In this document: piece after piece, positions 41,158-54,164 of the stretch
How the letters are laid out: the number at the start of each line of letters is the position of its first letter
How positions within the stretch are numbered: the first letter of the stretch is position 1
From: Eledone cirrhosa
Taxonomy: Eukaryota
Direction of reading: 5' to 3'
Length of the DNA: 64,000 nt
NCBI GenBank assembly: GCA_964016885.1
Contig: OZ024744.1
Coordinates: 100,254,001-100,318,000 of the forward strand
Position numbers and translations under genes: made by a program
Notes under the pieces: generated by a model
Database searches by the model: none
Told to the model about the DNA's origin: nothing
The model's input: the letters and a program-made list of their open reading frames with translations, nothing else

Positions 41158-41359
41158 CTGTGGAAGGTTTGAAAAATAAAGTGTTTATATCAGTAAATGG
41201 GAATAATGGTTTTGATAAGAAAGACAAAGTTATAAGTTTATGGTTCCCTTAATCACTTCACCCTACCCCCCAGTATAGGGCGATCACATCACTCACCTAA
41301 TATAGACAATCACAAACGACCATAGTAACCACCACCCCAGTACCAACAATACCCCCATA

Positions 41360-41900
41360 GTATACTACCAACATTATCTGTACTGTTATTGATGTTGTAC
41401 CCCAGTATCAACAACAACCCCCATATGTACTGTTACAGTTGTTGTTGTACTGTTTAGTTACAATGTTAACATACCATATGCATCTGAGAATATACTACCG
41501 ACATTATCTGTACTGTTATTGATGTTGTACCCCAGTATCAACAACACCCCCATATGTACTGTTACTGTTGTTGTTGTTGTACTGTTTAGTTACAATGTTA
41601 ACATACCATATGCATCTGAGAATATACTACCGACATTATCTGTACTGTTATTGATGTTGTACCCCAGTATCAACAACACCCCCATATGTACTGTTACTGT
41701 TGTTGTTGTTGTACTGTTTAGTTACAATGTTAACATACCATATGCATCTGAGAATATACTACCAACATTATCTGAACTGTTGCAATGTAGTTATGTTGTT
41801 GTAATGTTATGTAGTCTATAAAGTTTAGTTATGGTGTTAACGTACATATGTGCATCTCATAATATACTTTCAACATTATTTATAGTGTTGTCGCAATGCT
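41360..41900. repeat. 132-bp tandem repeat (~3 good units plus 1 degenerate) containing copies of the exon 4 donor region
   Basis: CAATGTTAACATACCATATGCATCTGAGAA at 41461, 41593 and 41725. Confidence 0.92.
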
Positions 41901-41939
41901 GTTGCAGTGTTGTAATATTTGGTTACAATGTTAACATAC

Positions 41940-42080
41940 CATGTGCATCTGAGAAAACAGCATTGAGGCAGGACAAAGAATTGCAATCTATTCCAATGTA
42001 GGCATCGTTTTGATCAACCGATTTCAACAAATCCCTCACATGGCGGACATGAATTCGAGCTTCTCGTACAGTGTAAGGCT
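41940..42080 (-). CDS. CLUH: CLUH exon 4 ([47 protein letters not shown])
   Basis: tttcag acceptor, GTATGT donor, 141 nt. [20 protein letters not shown] is a CLUH motif. Confidence 0.95.
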
Positions 42081-42170
42081 CTGAAAGACAAATAGAATTT
42101 TCATGCATAAATAAATTCCATGGATGCCATTTACAAATGAAAATATAACAAAATCAGGACCCACCATAGT

Positions 42171-42386
42171 TTAACCCTTTACCATTTACATTACTCTATA
42201 TTTATTATTGTATTTTCATGGTAAGGGCTTTACCTCACATAATATTGAATCTATGAGATTTTGATGTCATTTATTTTGAGAATAATACCTTAACATCAGT
42301 ATGAATGGCTGGTTACAGCCAGTTTGAACAGAAAGAGGTGAGAGAATTCTAGCCGGGTATGGCCAGTTTAAATGCTAAAGTGTTAA
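42171..42386. mobile_element. MITE family 1
   Basis: TTAACCCTTTACCATTTA ... TAAATGCTAAAGTGTTAA. Confidence 0.8.
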
Positions 42387-44433
42387 ACCAAGAGTCTCGC
42401 ACTCAAAGATCATTATTTCCTGAGAGAGGAATCGTGGGACAATGTCATGCATAGACGAATTCCATGGATGCTATTTTCAAATGGCAACATCACGAAATCA
42501 GAACCACCATACTGTAAACCAGGAGTATTAAACTCAAGGATCATTATTTCCTGTGAGAAAGTAACAGTGGGACAATTCCATGGATGCCATTTTCAAATGA
42601 AAATGGCACAAAATCAGAACCCAATCCAAGTTAATCCAGTCCAATCCAGGACCTTGTCATTCACTCCTGTTGGAGGAACCCTTTCCTGGTTGACTTCTAC
42701 CACTTTCTGTTTTGTCACGTCAGGGGGTGTTATTGTACTCACCACACTTGGCCAATTGTGGGAAATAAGAATTCACCATAGTGTAAACCAGGAGTCTGAA
42801 ACTCAAGGAAGGACTCAAAAGGACTGTTACATCCCATGTAGTGGGCAGCCAAAAGTGAAATGAGTAGAGGGGGGTGGGGTGGGGTAGAGAGGGTGCAGGA
42901 CAGGATTTCCACCAGTTATAATGTTAATCTGTAATACAGCTGACAGACTATTTATTATTATTATTATTATTATTTTTCTTTTCATAAAAATGAAATATGA
43001 TAGAAAGTAGGATACGTAAATTAGTACAAATTGTAGCAGAATAAGTTTTCCACCACAAGTCTCAGAAAAATAGTTTGTGAGCTACATGTTTGAGACTCAT
43101 GGCGTAAGGCTTTTATTATAGACAATTAACCTCAGATTTGAAGCTATGAATAGAATAATAATTGATTCCTACCCCAGTGCATTACTGGTATTTTATTTTA
43201 TCGACCCCCGTAAGGATGAAAGGCAAAGTTAATCTGTGGGATTTGAATAATAATAATGAGAACTCGGTCAAATCATTTGATTAAGGAAAGCCTTCTTGTG
43301 AAGTCTATTAGTTTTATTGATTAATTAAAATACTACCAATATTATGGAACACCTTTATCTACCAGTATAAGACATCTATATTATATCATCATCCTATCAT
43401 CCTATTTCTATGTTGGCATGGGTTGTTACAGTCCGAGTCAGTTCTTATTTAATGTTACTACCCTCCTAGACAAGTTGAGAGATCACATCTTGCTTGTACA
43501 TTCCAAATTTGGCATGATTTCTATGACTGGGTACTGGATACTCTTCCTAACACCAACCCCTTTACAGAATAGACTGAGTGACCTTTATTGTGGCATCGGC
43601 ACTGAGGAAGTTATCCTGGCAGCAGAGTCTTCTCTACTCTATGTTGTCTGTTCTTTCAAGGTAAAAAATGCTTGAGAATATAATTTGAAGGTCATTGAAG
43701 AAACCAGGGGAGGGTGTTTTTTGTTGTGGCACCAGCACAACCGTCTTACAAGCTGGACAGAGTACTTTCTGTTATTAGCAGTAACACTACTACTTTACAG
43801 TGTTGACTGTGCATATTTTATTGAGTGCTTACTAAGATAACGTAACCCAGAGCAACCTGTCACACTTTCAGGTTGTCAGAGTCTAAACTGGCAACCCCAC
43901 CAAGCTTGCTTGTTGAGGAGGGTGATTTTTGGTACACTGCAGGATGAGAAACAAATGCCATTAAAATACAGAACTCGGGAACCATCCAATATGGTTAGTC
44001 AGAACACAATCGCCTTGGTTGGCAGTATGTGTGTCTTGGAGAAGGACCACTAATTTTAAAACAGGAGTAGATAGGACTCCTTAATCACCTTGGTGACAAC
44101 CTTTCATGTGGTCAGGTCAACGGTTTCATCCTTGTGATGAGGGTGGATGAGCTCTGGCTCAGTAGCCACCTCCCAAGTAATGATCAGACAAGGATTCTGC
44201 CCCCCCCCCTTCCGATGAGAATCACGGACATATAGCATTATATAGATTAGCACGGACATATAGCATTAGTGCTATTGTCCATGATCCCTGACCCTAAGTA
44301 ATAAGGGTCGGAAGAGACCAGATCAGACCAGACCAGACAAGTGTTTCCTCATTGCAAATTTTAAAGCAAAATGACTATAAGACAAAAATACCTGGATGAA
44401 TTCCTAGACATTAACAGAATAACAATCACATAC

Positions 44434-44605
44434 CTTCAACAACTTTAATAACGGAATTGTCCTTCAAATTTTCAATAGTTTTCAATTCTGCAAAATTGTC
44501 CAATGTAACTCCATCACATTGCAGAGAAAAACATGTCTTATGGCAAGTGTCTTCACGATCCATCAAAACTTGGTGGATCTCTTGGACAAGTTCCATACAA
44601 CTTAC
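44434..44605 (-). CDS. CLUH: CLUH exon 3 ([57 protein letters not shown])
   Basis: tag acceptor, GTATGT donor, 172 nt. [21 protein letters not shown] is characteristic of CLUH. Confidence 0.95.
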
Positions 44606-44689
44606 CTAATAATAAAATAAAAAAATAAAAAATATAAGTATTCATGTTATATAGTTTTTGTTTATTACAATGAGATAATGAAATATATA

Positions 44690-44876
44690 ATAATTGTTTC
44701 TAATTTAGGCACAAGGCCAGCAAATACCCAGTACATTACTGGTACTTTATTTTATCGACCCCGTAAGGGTGAAAGGCAAAGTTAACCTCGGCGGGATTTG
44801 AACTCAGACTGTAAAGGGACGTAACTATGCTAGAAAGTATGGCGTCCAACCCGCTACCGATACTGCCAATTCACCG
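44690..44876 (-). mobile_element. SINE A
   Basis: Full head, core and tail. Confidence 0.87.
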
Positions 44877-44934
44877 AATGGAAATGATTCAGTACAGTGT
44901 TCAAGTGCACTACAACTCAAAGGTGCATGTATAG

Positions 44935-45635
44935 TATTGTGTAAATATCTGTGTAATGTGTCATGTTATATAAACATTTATATAAAACATTACATAAATA
45001 TTTACATATGTAGACATTTATGTAATATGTCATGTAGACATTTATGTAATGTGTCATGTAGACATTTATGTAATGCGTCATGTAAATATTCATGTAATGC
45101 GTCATGTAAATATTCATGTAATGCGTCATGTAAATATTCATGTAATGTGTCATGTAAATATTCATGTAATGTGTCATGTAAATATTCATGTAATGTGCCA
45201 TGTAAATATTCATGTAATGTGCCATGTAAATATTCATGTAATGTGTCATGTAAATATTCATGTAATGTGTCATGTAAATATTCATGTAATGTGTCATGTA
45301 AATATTCATGTAATGTGTCATGTAAATATTCATGTAATGTGTCATGTAAATATTCATGTAATGTGTCATGTAAATATTCATGTAATGTGTCATGTAAATA
45401 TTCATGTAATGTGCCATGCAAACATTTATGTAATGTGCCATGCAAACATTTATGTAATGTATCATGTAAATTATGTAATGTATTATGTAAATACCTATGA
45501 AATGTATTATGTAAATACCTATGAAATGTATTATGTAAATACCTATGAAATGTATTATGTAAATATTTACATAATGTATTATGTAAATATTTATATAATG
45601 TATTATGTAAATATTTATGTAATGCATTATGTAAT
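44935..45635. repeat. 24-bp minisatellite TGTAATGTGTCATGTAAATATTCA
   Basis: Homogeneous centre with degenerate edges. Confidence 0.95.
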
Positions 45636-46499
45636 ATAGTCAAATAAGGTAAGCTTTATTAACTTCCAATGTAATTATAAACAAATGTCGACTAAATATT
45701 TATGTAATAAATATTAGACAAGTTTGATTAATTTCCAGTGTTTTCAGCATTAGTAATATTCACCAGTAGTAGATTAAATAAAGCTATTAGGTTGAGCACA
45801 CAAGGGAGACAACTCAAAATGTACCATTCTTCCTGGTGGGCTCATGATTTGGTTTTGAAAAGAAATTCAAAGTAGAAAAAGAATCGCAGCATAAAACTCT
45901 AAAGATCTCATCCTAAACCCAATTATTTTCATTCCAAATCTAACTACTAAGTTTCAGCAACCCCATATTTCTATGCCATCCAATATAGTGAGTAACCAGT
46001 TATGATATAAACTTTCCACCAAAATGTACCAGCCATGATAAAATGCACTCAGTGCACTCTGTAAAGTGGTTGGCATCTAGCTATAGAAATCATACCTAAC
46101 AGAGGGTCAAGAGGATTTCAGCTGCGTCAAGGACATGACAACCTCTCGTGTGCCAATGCCGCAATAAAATGTACCCAGTACACTGAAGTGGTTAGCGTTA
46201 GAATGGGCATCCAGTTATAGAGATCATGCCTAACAAAGAGTCGAGAAGACTTCAGTGGTGTCAAGAACATGACAACCTCCAGAGTGCTGGTACCACACAA
46301 TGCACTCAGTGCGCTCTGTAAAGAGATTGACATCTAACTGTAGAAACTATGCCAAAGATGAAATGTATGAGCAAGAAATAATCTCCTGACCCATCAAGTT
46401 TCAGATAATACCAAGTTGTCCTTACCCTGCCAGAATAGATAATGGGCATATGAACCTTGACTTTGTTACTGGAACATCTGTGTTGTCTTCTAGTAAAGC

Positions 46500-46728
46500 T
46501 TAACCCTTTTATGACAACATTTCTAATGAAATACACTATTTTAACTAATTAAAGAATTTTGAAGGATTTACTAAAAGTATTAATTATTTCATTACTATAA
46601 TAGTAACTTAATGTAAGGTTCTTATATAAAATTATGTTGGAAGATTTAAATTAGAAACCTTTAAAATGGGTGACTTTATTTCATAGAACCAGAGCTGGTT
46701 TTGGTCAGGCTGGTAACTAAAGGATTAA
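46500..46728. mobile_element. TTAA-flanked MITE family 2 (related copies ~32848-33387, 34481-34814, 46858-47092 inverted, 57135-57507)
   Basis: TTAACCCTTTT..AC.A.ATTTCTAATGAAATACAC ... CATAGAACCAGAGC...GGTAACTAAAGG(G/A)TTAA. Confidence 0.72.
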
Positions 46729-48103
46729 GTGAGAAAGGATTATCTTTGTCATTTGTATTGTTATGATTCCAAGCACAACATACGGAGGACATTTCTATTT
46801 AGTAACTCAGCATACTTTGTCAAGCAATGAAATCTCTACGAAATTCCGGCTATCTTTAACACTTCTGATGCCAAACCATCTGAAACTGCTCCTGGTTCTA
46901 TGCTACAAAGTTGTTAGTTTTAAAAACTATTCATCTTTAGATTTCAACCTCATATAATTTTATATAAGAACCTTTGTTAATTTACGTTTCAAACACCAAC
47001 TTAATAATGAAAAAGTTAGTTATATTATTAAATCTCTTCGAATTATTTGAAAACCATAAGCAGTGTCTTTCATTAAAAATATGGTAACAAAGAAAAATGG
47101 CAGCTAAAATAGTGAACAATTTTACCTCTAAATCAAATCCAGACATTATGAATGAATAAATGATTGTCGATCAACAAGATCCCAGACTTCATTGACTTAC
47201 CAAGTAGGGTGGAGCTTGTCAAATTGGACCATGGAAACAATGTTTCCATTGGTCTTTCTATTTGCTAATACTGTTTACAGGTCGCAACCCTTGGTGGAAA
47301 GAGTAACGTGAAATAAAGTGTATAACATCGCCCGGTCTGGGAATCAAACTCGCAACCTCACGATTGCAAATCCAATTCTCTAACCACTAAACCACGCACC
47401 GTCACTAACAATCAAAAAGATCCTAGGCATCATTCGCTTACCGAGTCAGGTGGAACTCATCAGATTGGACCAAGGAAAAAGATGTTTCCATTGGTCTTTC
47501 CATTGCTGATACTATCTACCAGTCATTTCCTGGACCAGGTGATGTGTTATGTCCTTCAGCAAGACGCACACAACCTAAACCTAAGGATGCTGTTTAGCCC
47601 ATAGCTAGCCTGGATTGAAGACAATGGTCAAAGGTGTTCTAACCATGACTGCCCATTGATTATAGATGTTTATATCTAGGACTACATATTATTCAATATG
47701 TCCTTTCTCAAGGAGGACATTTGGCTGCTCTTCCTACCAGGTTGTTGATCAACTACCATATATACTCAAATATAAGCAGAGGAATATATAAAACCACCCC
47801 ACCCGGTAAAATGGGGGGGGGGGGGGTGTCGACATATGACAACAGTACCCAAGTTATATTGTTTACTTTTTAAGCTGTAATTGGATGATAACCGATGGGT
47901 GAAGAGGTACAAGGAAATCCTAGTGGAAGGAAGATGCAGTAGAAGACCAAGAAAGACCTGGACAGAGATGGTGAGAGTTGACCTCAAAAATCACAGACTC
48001 ACAGAGGAAATGACGAAGGAAAGCAACGAGTGGAGATATGCTATGCCGAAAAGGATCCGTCCAACCCTTGCAAGCATGGAAAAACAGATGTAAAACAATG
48101 ATG

Positions 48104-48276
48104 ATAATTGTTTCTACTTTTGGCACAAGGCCAGCAATTACCCAGTGTATTACCGATACTTTATTTTATCGACCCCGTAAGGGTGAAAGGCAAAGTTAAC
48201 CTCGGCGGGATTTGAACTCAGACCATAAAGGGCCGTAACTCTTTGCTGCAAAGCATGGCGTCCGACCTTCTACTGA
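48104..48276 (-). mobile_element. SINE A
   Basis: Core, B-box and tail; TGATGATAAT on both sides. Confidence 0.87.
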
Positions 48277-48361
48277 TGATAATAATGAATTGGCAGACCA
48301 ATCAATACATATCAATAATGATATAAAGTATCTTTGATTGACAACCGACAAAACCACTTAC

Positions 48362-48621
48362 AGTGAGATCAAATGGCTCAGTTCCTGGACTAACAATTTT
48401 CACAGTGAAACCAGTGTCTTGAATCAAAACAATTTCTTGTTCGTTGTTCTTTTCATTTTCATTGGTTGCAGGGACAGAATCATCTTTTTCAGATTCAGTT
48501 GAATTCTTTTCACTGGACATCTCACCGATATCTTTAGATGTTTTACACTCTTCAACTTCATCCAACATTGTTTCCTTATCATTGTGACAACCATTCACAA
48601 CTACATCTTTTGCATTTCCAG
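48362..48621 (-). CDS. CLUH: CLUH exon 2 (acidic N-terminus ...EQEIVLIQDTGFTVKIVSPGTEPFDLT)
   Basis: Poly-T/cccctag acceptor, donor ACT|GTAAGT, 260 nt. IQDTGFTVKI..PG.EPF resembles the start of the CLU_N region. Confidence 0.9.
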
Positions 48622-49540
48622 CTAGGGGAAAAAAAAAAAAAAAAAACAGGAAACTTTTATAGAAACATTCCAAGACATTCCAAGATTAAATACATTTTAG
48701 ATTGAAATTTCAAAAATTGAGAAATCAGATATTTTTATATATTATAATATATAAAAATAATTATTTTATAAACCTGAAATGTAGAGAATGGAAATATGAA
48801 CTGGAAGTAGAAAGTTGGATTGATAAATGTTTTTTTTATTGTATACAGTAATACAGAGGACCCGAGTTCCCGCGGGTACAAACCGAAGCTGAAGCATAAG
48901 ACAATATGCCCCCACCCCCCACCCCCTCACTCTAAAGTGGTTGTATAGGTGTCATGACAAAACACCCAGTCCATACTATAAAGTGGCCATATAGATGTCA
49001 CGAAAAAAAAAAAAAAAAAAAAAAAAGCACCACGACCACACTATAAAGTGGTCGTGTAGATACCACAGTAAAAAAGCACCCAGCAATCATTGTAAATGAG
49101 GATGGTGTTAGGAAGGGCATCCAACTGTAGAAATCAAGCTAAAATCAGTTTTGAATGAGCAAGACATGGTCACCTAATCTGACATTGCCCACAACAGGAC
49201 AACCTGTCTAACCCATGCTAGCGTGGAAACATTGACGTAAAACGGTGATGATGACACTCGAACGTAAGCCGACCCCACTATTTTATGCCCGAGAAATGGG
49301 CAAAAATCCAAACTTTATTTACATAGAATTTGACGTTGGCGAAAATCAAAATATTGACCTCTCCACCAAATATAAGTCAACACCCGCCCCCACTTCTACC
49401 ATCGATTTTTTGGGTCACATATTCCTTGGCTTGTATTCAAGTTAATACGGTAGTTCTTATTCAAATATACATGTCAGACATTATCTATTATATTAAAGTT
49501 GGTGTTTGTGTTGTAAAAAGTAGTCAGTGGTGGTGATTTC

Positions 49541-49758
49541 GAGAGAAAGAGAGAAAGAAAGAGAGAAAGAAAGAGAGAAAGAAAGAGAAAGAAAGAGAGA
49601 GAAAGAAAGAGAAAGAAAGAAAGAGAGAGAGAGAGAAAGAAAGAAAGAAAGAGAAAGAAAGAAAGAAAGAAAGAGAGAAAGAAAGAAAGAGAGAGAGAAA
49701 GAGAGAAAGAAAGAGAGAGAGAGAGAAAGAGAAAGAGAAAGAGAGAAAGAGAGAGAGA
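49541..49758. repeat. Polypurine (AG/AAAG)n tract
   Basis: About 218 nt consisting only of A and G. Confidence 0.95.
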
Positions 49759-50211
49759 TTACGTTTATGGAAAAATATTGTTTATCCTCAAACTATAAAT
49801 GAATAAAATACTCCATTTTGGTAGTTTGAGTTATTTGTTAAATTTCTTTGATTTATTTTGTTGTGTTCTGTATATATGTAATTAATTAGTGTATATTGTA
49901 TATATGTAATTAAGTAGTCATCATTTAGCGTCCATTTTTCCATGCTAGCATGGGTCAGACGGGTCGTCTAGGTCAGGAGTAGGCGAGTCTGGCCAGAATA
50001 TTGCTGACATCGTTATTGTTGTCGACTATACACAATTAGAAAACTACTAATAAAATAACATTTGAACGAGGAAAACACAAAGACAAATAAAGGAAGGCCG
50101 TTAAGTGCCGTAAGGAAATGAAAACTACAAAAACAACTTTTCCGTATATATATATATATAAAGTGAGAATAAAATAAAAAACAGAAATAAACTATGTTGG
50201 AACAATAAATC

Positions 50212-50781
50212 TAACTATTTTAACATTTAAACCGACCATATCCAGCCAGAATTCTTTCACCTCTTTCTGTTCAAACTGGCCACTCATACTGATGTTGAGG
50301 TATTGTTCTCAAAATAAATAACATCAAAATTTCATATATCCAGCCAGAATTCTCTCACCTCTTTCTGTTCAAACTGATGTTGAGACATTGTTCTCAAAAT
50401 AAATAACATCAAAATTTCATATATCCAGCCAGAATTCTCTCACCTCTTTCTGTTCAAACTGATGTTGAGACATTGTTCTCAAAATAAATAACATCAAAAT
50501 TTCATATCCAGCCAGAATTCTCTCACCTCTTTCTGTTCAAACTGGCCACTCATACTGATGTTGAGGTATTGTTCTCCATATAAATAACATCAAAATTCCA
50601 TATCCAGCCAGAATTCTCTCACCTCTTTCTGTTCAAACTGGCCACTCATTCTGACTTTGAGGTATTGTTCTCAAAATAAATAATATCAAAGTCTCGGATT
50701 CAATATTATGCGAGATAATTAAGAGAGATAAAGCCTTTACCACAAAAATACAATAGTAAATATAGAGTGATGTAAATGTTA
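50212..50781. mobile_element. MITE family 1 with an internal segment amplified about 5 times
   Basis: ATATCCAGCCAGAATTCT(C/T)TCACCTCTTTCTGTTCAAACTG repeated 5 times. Confidence 0.8.
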
Positions 50782-50784
50782 CAT

Positions 50785-50995
50785 AACGATTTCTGATTTA
50801 GACACAAGGCCAGGGAAAGGAGAAAAGCCAATTAAATCGACACCAGTGTGTATTACTGGTACTTTATTTTATTGACCCTGTAAGGATGAAAGCCAAAGCT
50901 AACCTCGGCAGAATTTGAACTCAGAACGCAAAGGGCCGTAACTCCATGCTGCGAAAGCTGTGTGACACTACCGATTACTGCCAATTCACTGCCCT
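50785..50995 (-). mobile_element. SINE A, diverged
   Basis: Core and head recognisable. Confidence 0.8.
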
Positions 50996-51164
50996 TGATA
51001 ATGGTTTCTGATTTAGGCACAAGGTCAGCAATTGTGGCAGACAAAAATGATAACATTGCTATCCCAACAATGGTAATAGCTTTAGATAATCGAGTAAAAT
51101 ATCCGTAAGGACAGAAAATAAGTGATCAGTCACCACTACAACTACTAGTACTACTACACTGAGT

Positions 51165-51405
51165 GTGGAGGTACATGGCCTAGTGGTAAGGGTGTTGGAC
51201 TTATGATCATAATGTGTCCTTGAGCACAACACTCCATTTCATGTTGCTCCAGTATACTCAGCTGAAAATGAGTACCAGCAATAGCTGGGAGTTTAACACT
51301 GCGATGGACTGGCATTCTATCCAGGGAGAGGCTTGTACTTTCAGTTGTTTTACGCCACGAAACCAGGATAAGTACCAGCCTGACAAGCCTCCTGACTCGA
51401 GAGAC
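51165..51405 (+). mobile_element. Second tRNA-headed SINE, internally deleted
   Basis: A-box-like TGGCCTAGTGGT, GTGTCCTTGAGCA..ACAC, AAATGAGTACC and GATGGACTGGCAT.C..TCCAGGG segments. Confidence 0.6.
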
Positions 51406-51477
51406 TTTAGTAACCACTGCAGAGAATTGAACTCTGTATCTCTTGAATTCTGGCCAAGACATAACTCTACAGATATA

Positions 51478-51968
51478 GCTAAAGCATGGAGTCTTCTCGA
51501 TAGCCCTGGGTCAATCTGGAAGTCCTCCCTACCAAACAAAATGAATGGAAGCTTCTTCAGAGCTGTAGTTGAGTCAGTACTTTTGTATGGCTGCTCAGCA
51601 TGGACAATGACAGAAAGATTAGAGAACAAGCTTGATGGGGACACACTCAAATGCTAGACAGTGCTGAACAGGTCCTGGAAGCAACATTTCTTGAAGGAAG
51701 AACTATATGGACAGATCCCTCTCGTATCAGCTTTATTTAGGGAAAGAAGGATAAGATAAGCTGGGCACTGCTACTGAAGCAAAGATGGGTTTGTCAGTAG
51801 TCTTCTTTTGTGGATGTCAACCCATGGACACTCTCTCGAATGATTTATATTGACCAAGTGATTAAAGATGGTTTGATAATCAAAAATTTGAAAACAGCAA
51901 TGGAGGACAGTGACATCTGGAGAGGGAGAGTGGAGTTAACTTGGTTAATTCACCCAACCTGATGATGG
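51478..51968 (+). mobile_element. 3' fragment of a second LINE
   Basis: FFRAVVESVLLYGC.AWT.T..LE.KLDG and R..AGHC motifs, typical of the region C-terminal to non-LTR RTs. Confidence 0.8.
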
Positions 51969-51969
51969 T

Positions 51970-52635
51970 ATTAACCCCTACTCCAAATGGGAACTGACAA
52001 TCATTTCTGTCCAAATTAGAAACTATATACAATAACCTTAATGATTACGGTCAGAGATAAACAAATCTTACAATTTACAGCAGTGTTTGGATAATTTGAA
52101 ATTTGAAATGTAGAAATCCAAACAGATTCACTACAATGATAATAGTGTTAGAAAATCATGTAAAATATCCTTAGAGACAGAAATGATGTGGACAGCCACC
52201 ACTACAGAGAATTAAACTCTGTATCTCTTGAATTCCACAGCCTAGTGTGTTAACCTTTACACCAAATGAGAGCTGATAACTGTCCAAATTAGGAACTATA
52301 TACAATACCAAATAGGAGCCGACAACAGTCCCTGTCCAAATAAGGAACTATATACAATACCAAATAGGAGCTGACAACAGTCCCTGTCCAAATAAGGAAC
52401 TATATACAATACCAAATGAGAGCTGACAACAGTCCCTGTCCAAATTGGGAACTATATATAATAACTTTAGTGGCTACAACTGGAAGTAAAAATCTTATGA
52501 GTTATTGAAATGTTGAAACCAAAACAGATTCACTACAATGATAGTGTTAAAAAATCATGTAAAATATCCTTAGAGATAGAAATGATGTGGACAGCAACCA
52601 CTACAGAGAATTAAACTGTATCTCTTGAATTCCAG
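51970..52635. repeat. Local duplication (~230 bp x2) with internal ~52-bp tandem units
   Basis: CTGTCCAAAT(T/A)AGGAACTATATACAATA recurs about 5 times; AACAGATTCACTACAATGATA...TCTCTTGAATTCCA occurs twice. Confidence 0.85.
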
Positions 52636-52644
52636 CCAAGCACA

Positions 52645-52855
52645 TTAACCCTTTAGCATTTACATTACTCTATATTTACTATTGTGTTTTCATGGTAAAG
52701 GCTTTATCTCATAATATCGAATCTATGAGATTTTGATATTTATTTTGAGAACAATACCTTAATGTCGGTATGAGGGGTCAGTTACGGCCGGTTTGAACAG
52801 AAAGAGGTGAGAGAATTCCAGCCAGATATGGCCGGTTTAAATGCTAAACAGTTAA
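52645..52855. mobile_element. MITE family 1
   Basis: TTAACCCTTTAGCATTTA ... TAAATGCTAAACAGTTAA. Confidence 0.8.
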
Positions 52856-53559
52856 ACATTACACCAAATATTTGTTTATTTCTGGCTCTAACAATAAAAA
52901 TGGTCAAAGACACAAGAGACATGAAAATTGAATTACAAGACACACTAAAGCAGAAATGGACGACAAGCAGAGCTCTGAGTATGATAAAAATATACATAAA
53001 CAAAAACACAGAATCTAATACCAGGGTTCACAGTTTGAACAGAACAACCTCCACACTACATATAATCAACATCATCTTTTTTCTTCAGCTTTCCATATTG
53101 GCAAGTATTGGACAGGTTATTAGTCCGAGACTTGACAGGTCGGGGAACAATGGAACAATGTGTTGCTCATATGTTCCATAGATTGGCATGGTTTCTATGA
53201 TTGGATGTCCTTCCTAACACCCAACCTTTTACAGAGTGTCCTGGCTGTATTTTATTGTGGCACCAGCATTAACACTTTACAGAGTGTACTGGGTGTATTT
53301 TGTGGTGGCACCAGCATTAGAGGTATTGTCATATTTTCAGACAACTAATGAGTCCTCTCTAGTTTATATCTGCCTCAGTTCAATCGCCAACAACTTTACA
53401 TTGGCACCACCACCACCACCACTAGAGTCCACATGTTGGGTTCTCAGGTACCCAACATGTGCCAAGCATCCCCTCTGTTGACGTGGCCATTCTGAGAATA
53501 CACAAAAAGGGACCTCTTGTTATATTTACTTTTAGCATCGTACTACCTGTACTGTGTCA

Positions 53560-54130
53560 TCTTCATGAAGTTCAGTTTCTGGAGGTCAGTCTTCCTAACC
53601 TCACCCCATGTCTTCCTTAGTCTCCTTCTTCAGGTGCCATCCACCTCAAGTACTCAGTATTTTTCTATAAAACTCTCTTACATATCACATGTCCATACCA
53701 GTGCAATTGTCTATCTTGTTACAATACATTCAGTTCATCTTATACTCAGGTGACTTGTACTCTGTCATTCACACACACTAACATTACAAATCCAGTGAAG
53801 CATACATGCTACATTTATTTTTAGCTAATGTAGATCTTCTGTATTCAAGGCCCATGTCTCACTGTCATGTAGCATAACAGTTCAAACATGGACATCATAT
53901 AATCTGACCTTCACTTTGAGTGAGAGGCCTTTTGTTACCAGCAGAGATAACAGCTCCCTAAACTTCTCCCGTCATAAACTCAGGCTATAACTCTTTCAGT
54001 ACATCCACTTCCACTGCTAATCAGGTCAACTAGATAGAAAAAGTGAACTATTTCTAGTGAACTATCTAAACATTTGAGAGAGTTTATTTTATGAGTACCC
54101 CTACTGTTAACTACTCCTGTGCACTAGTCA
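53560..54130 (-). mobile_element. Degenerate LINE 3' fragment (relatives at ~36560-36770, 47880-48050, 29190-29320)
   Basis: Minus strand gives LTKGLSL.VK.RLYD..V...ML..SETW-like and GR.RKTW.E-like remnants. Confidence 0.6.
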
Positions 54131-54164
54131 CATGAAATCTAACTTTTCTGTCAGCCTACCCTTC

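Noticed and set aside
44917-45643. Four overlapping 8-aa-periodic ORFs
   Set aside because: Translations of the 24-bp minisatellite.
49527-49802. E/R/K-rich 91-aa ORF
   Set aside because: Translation of the polypurine microsatellite.
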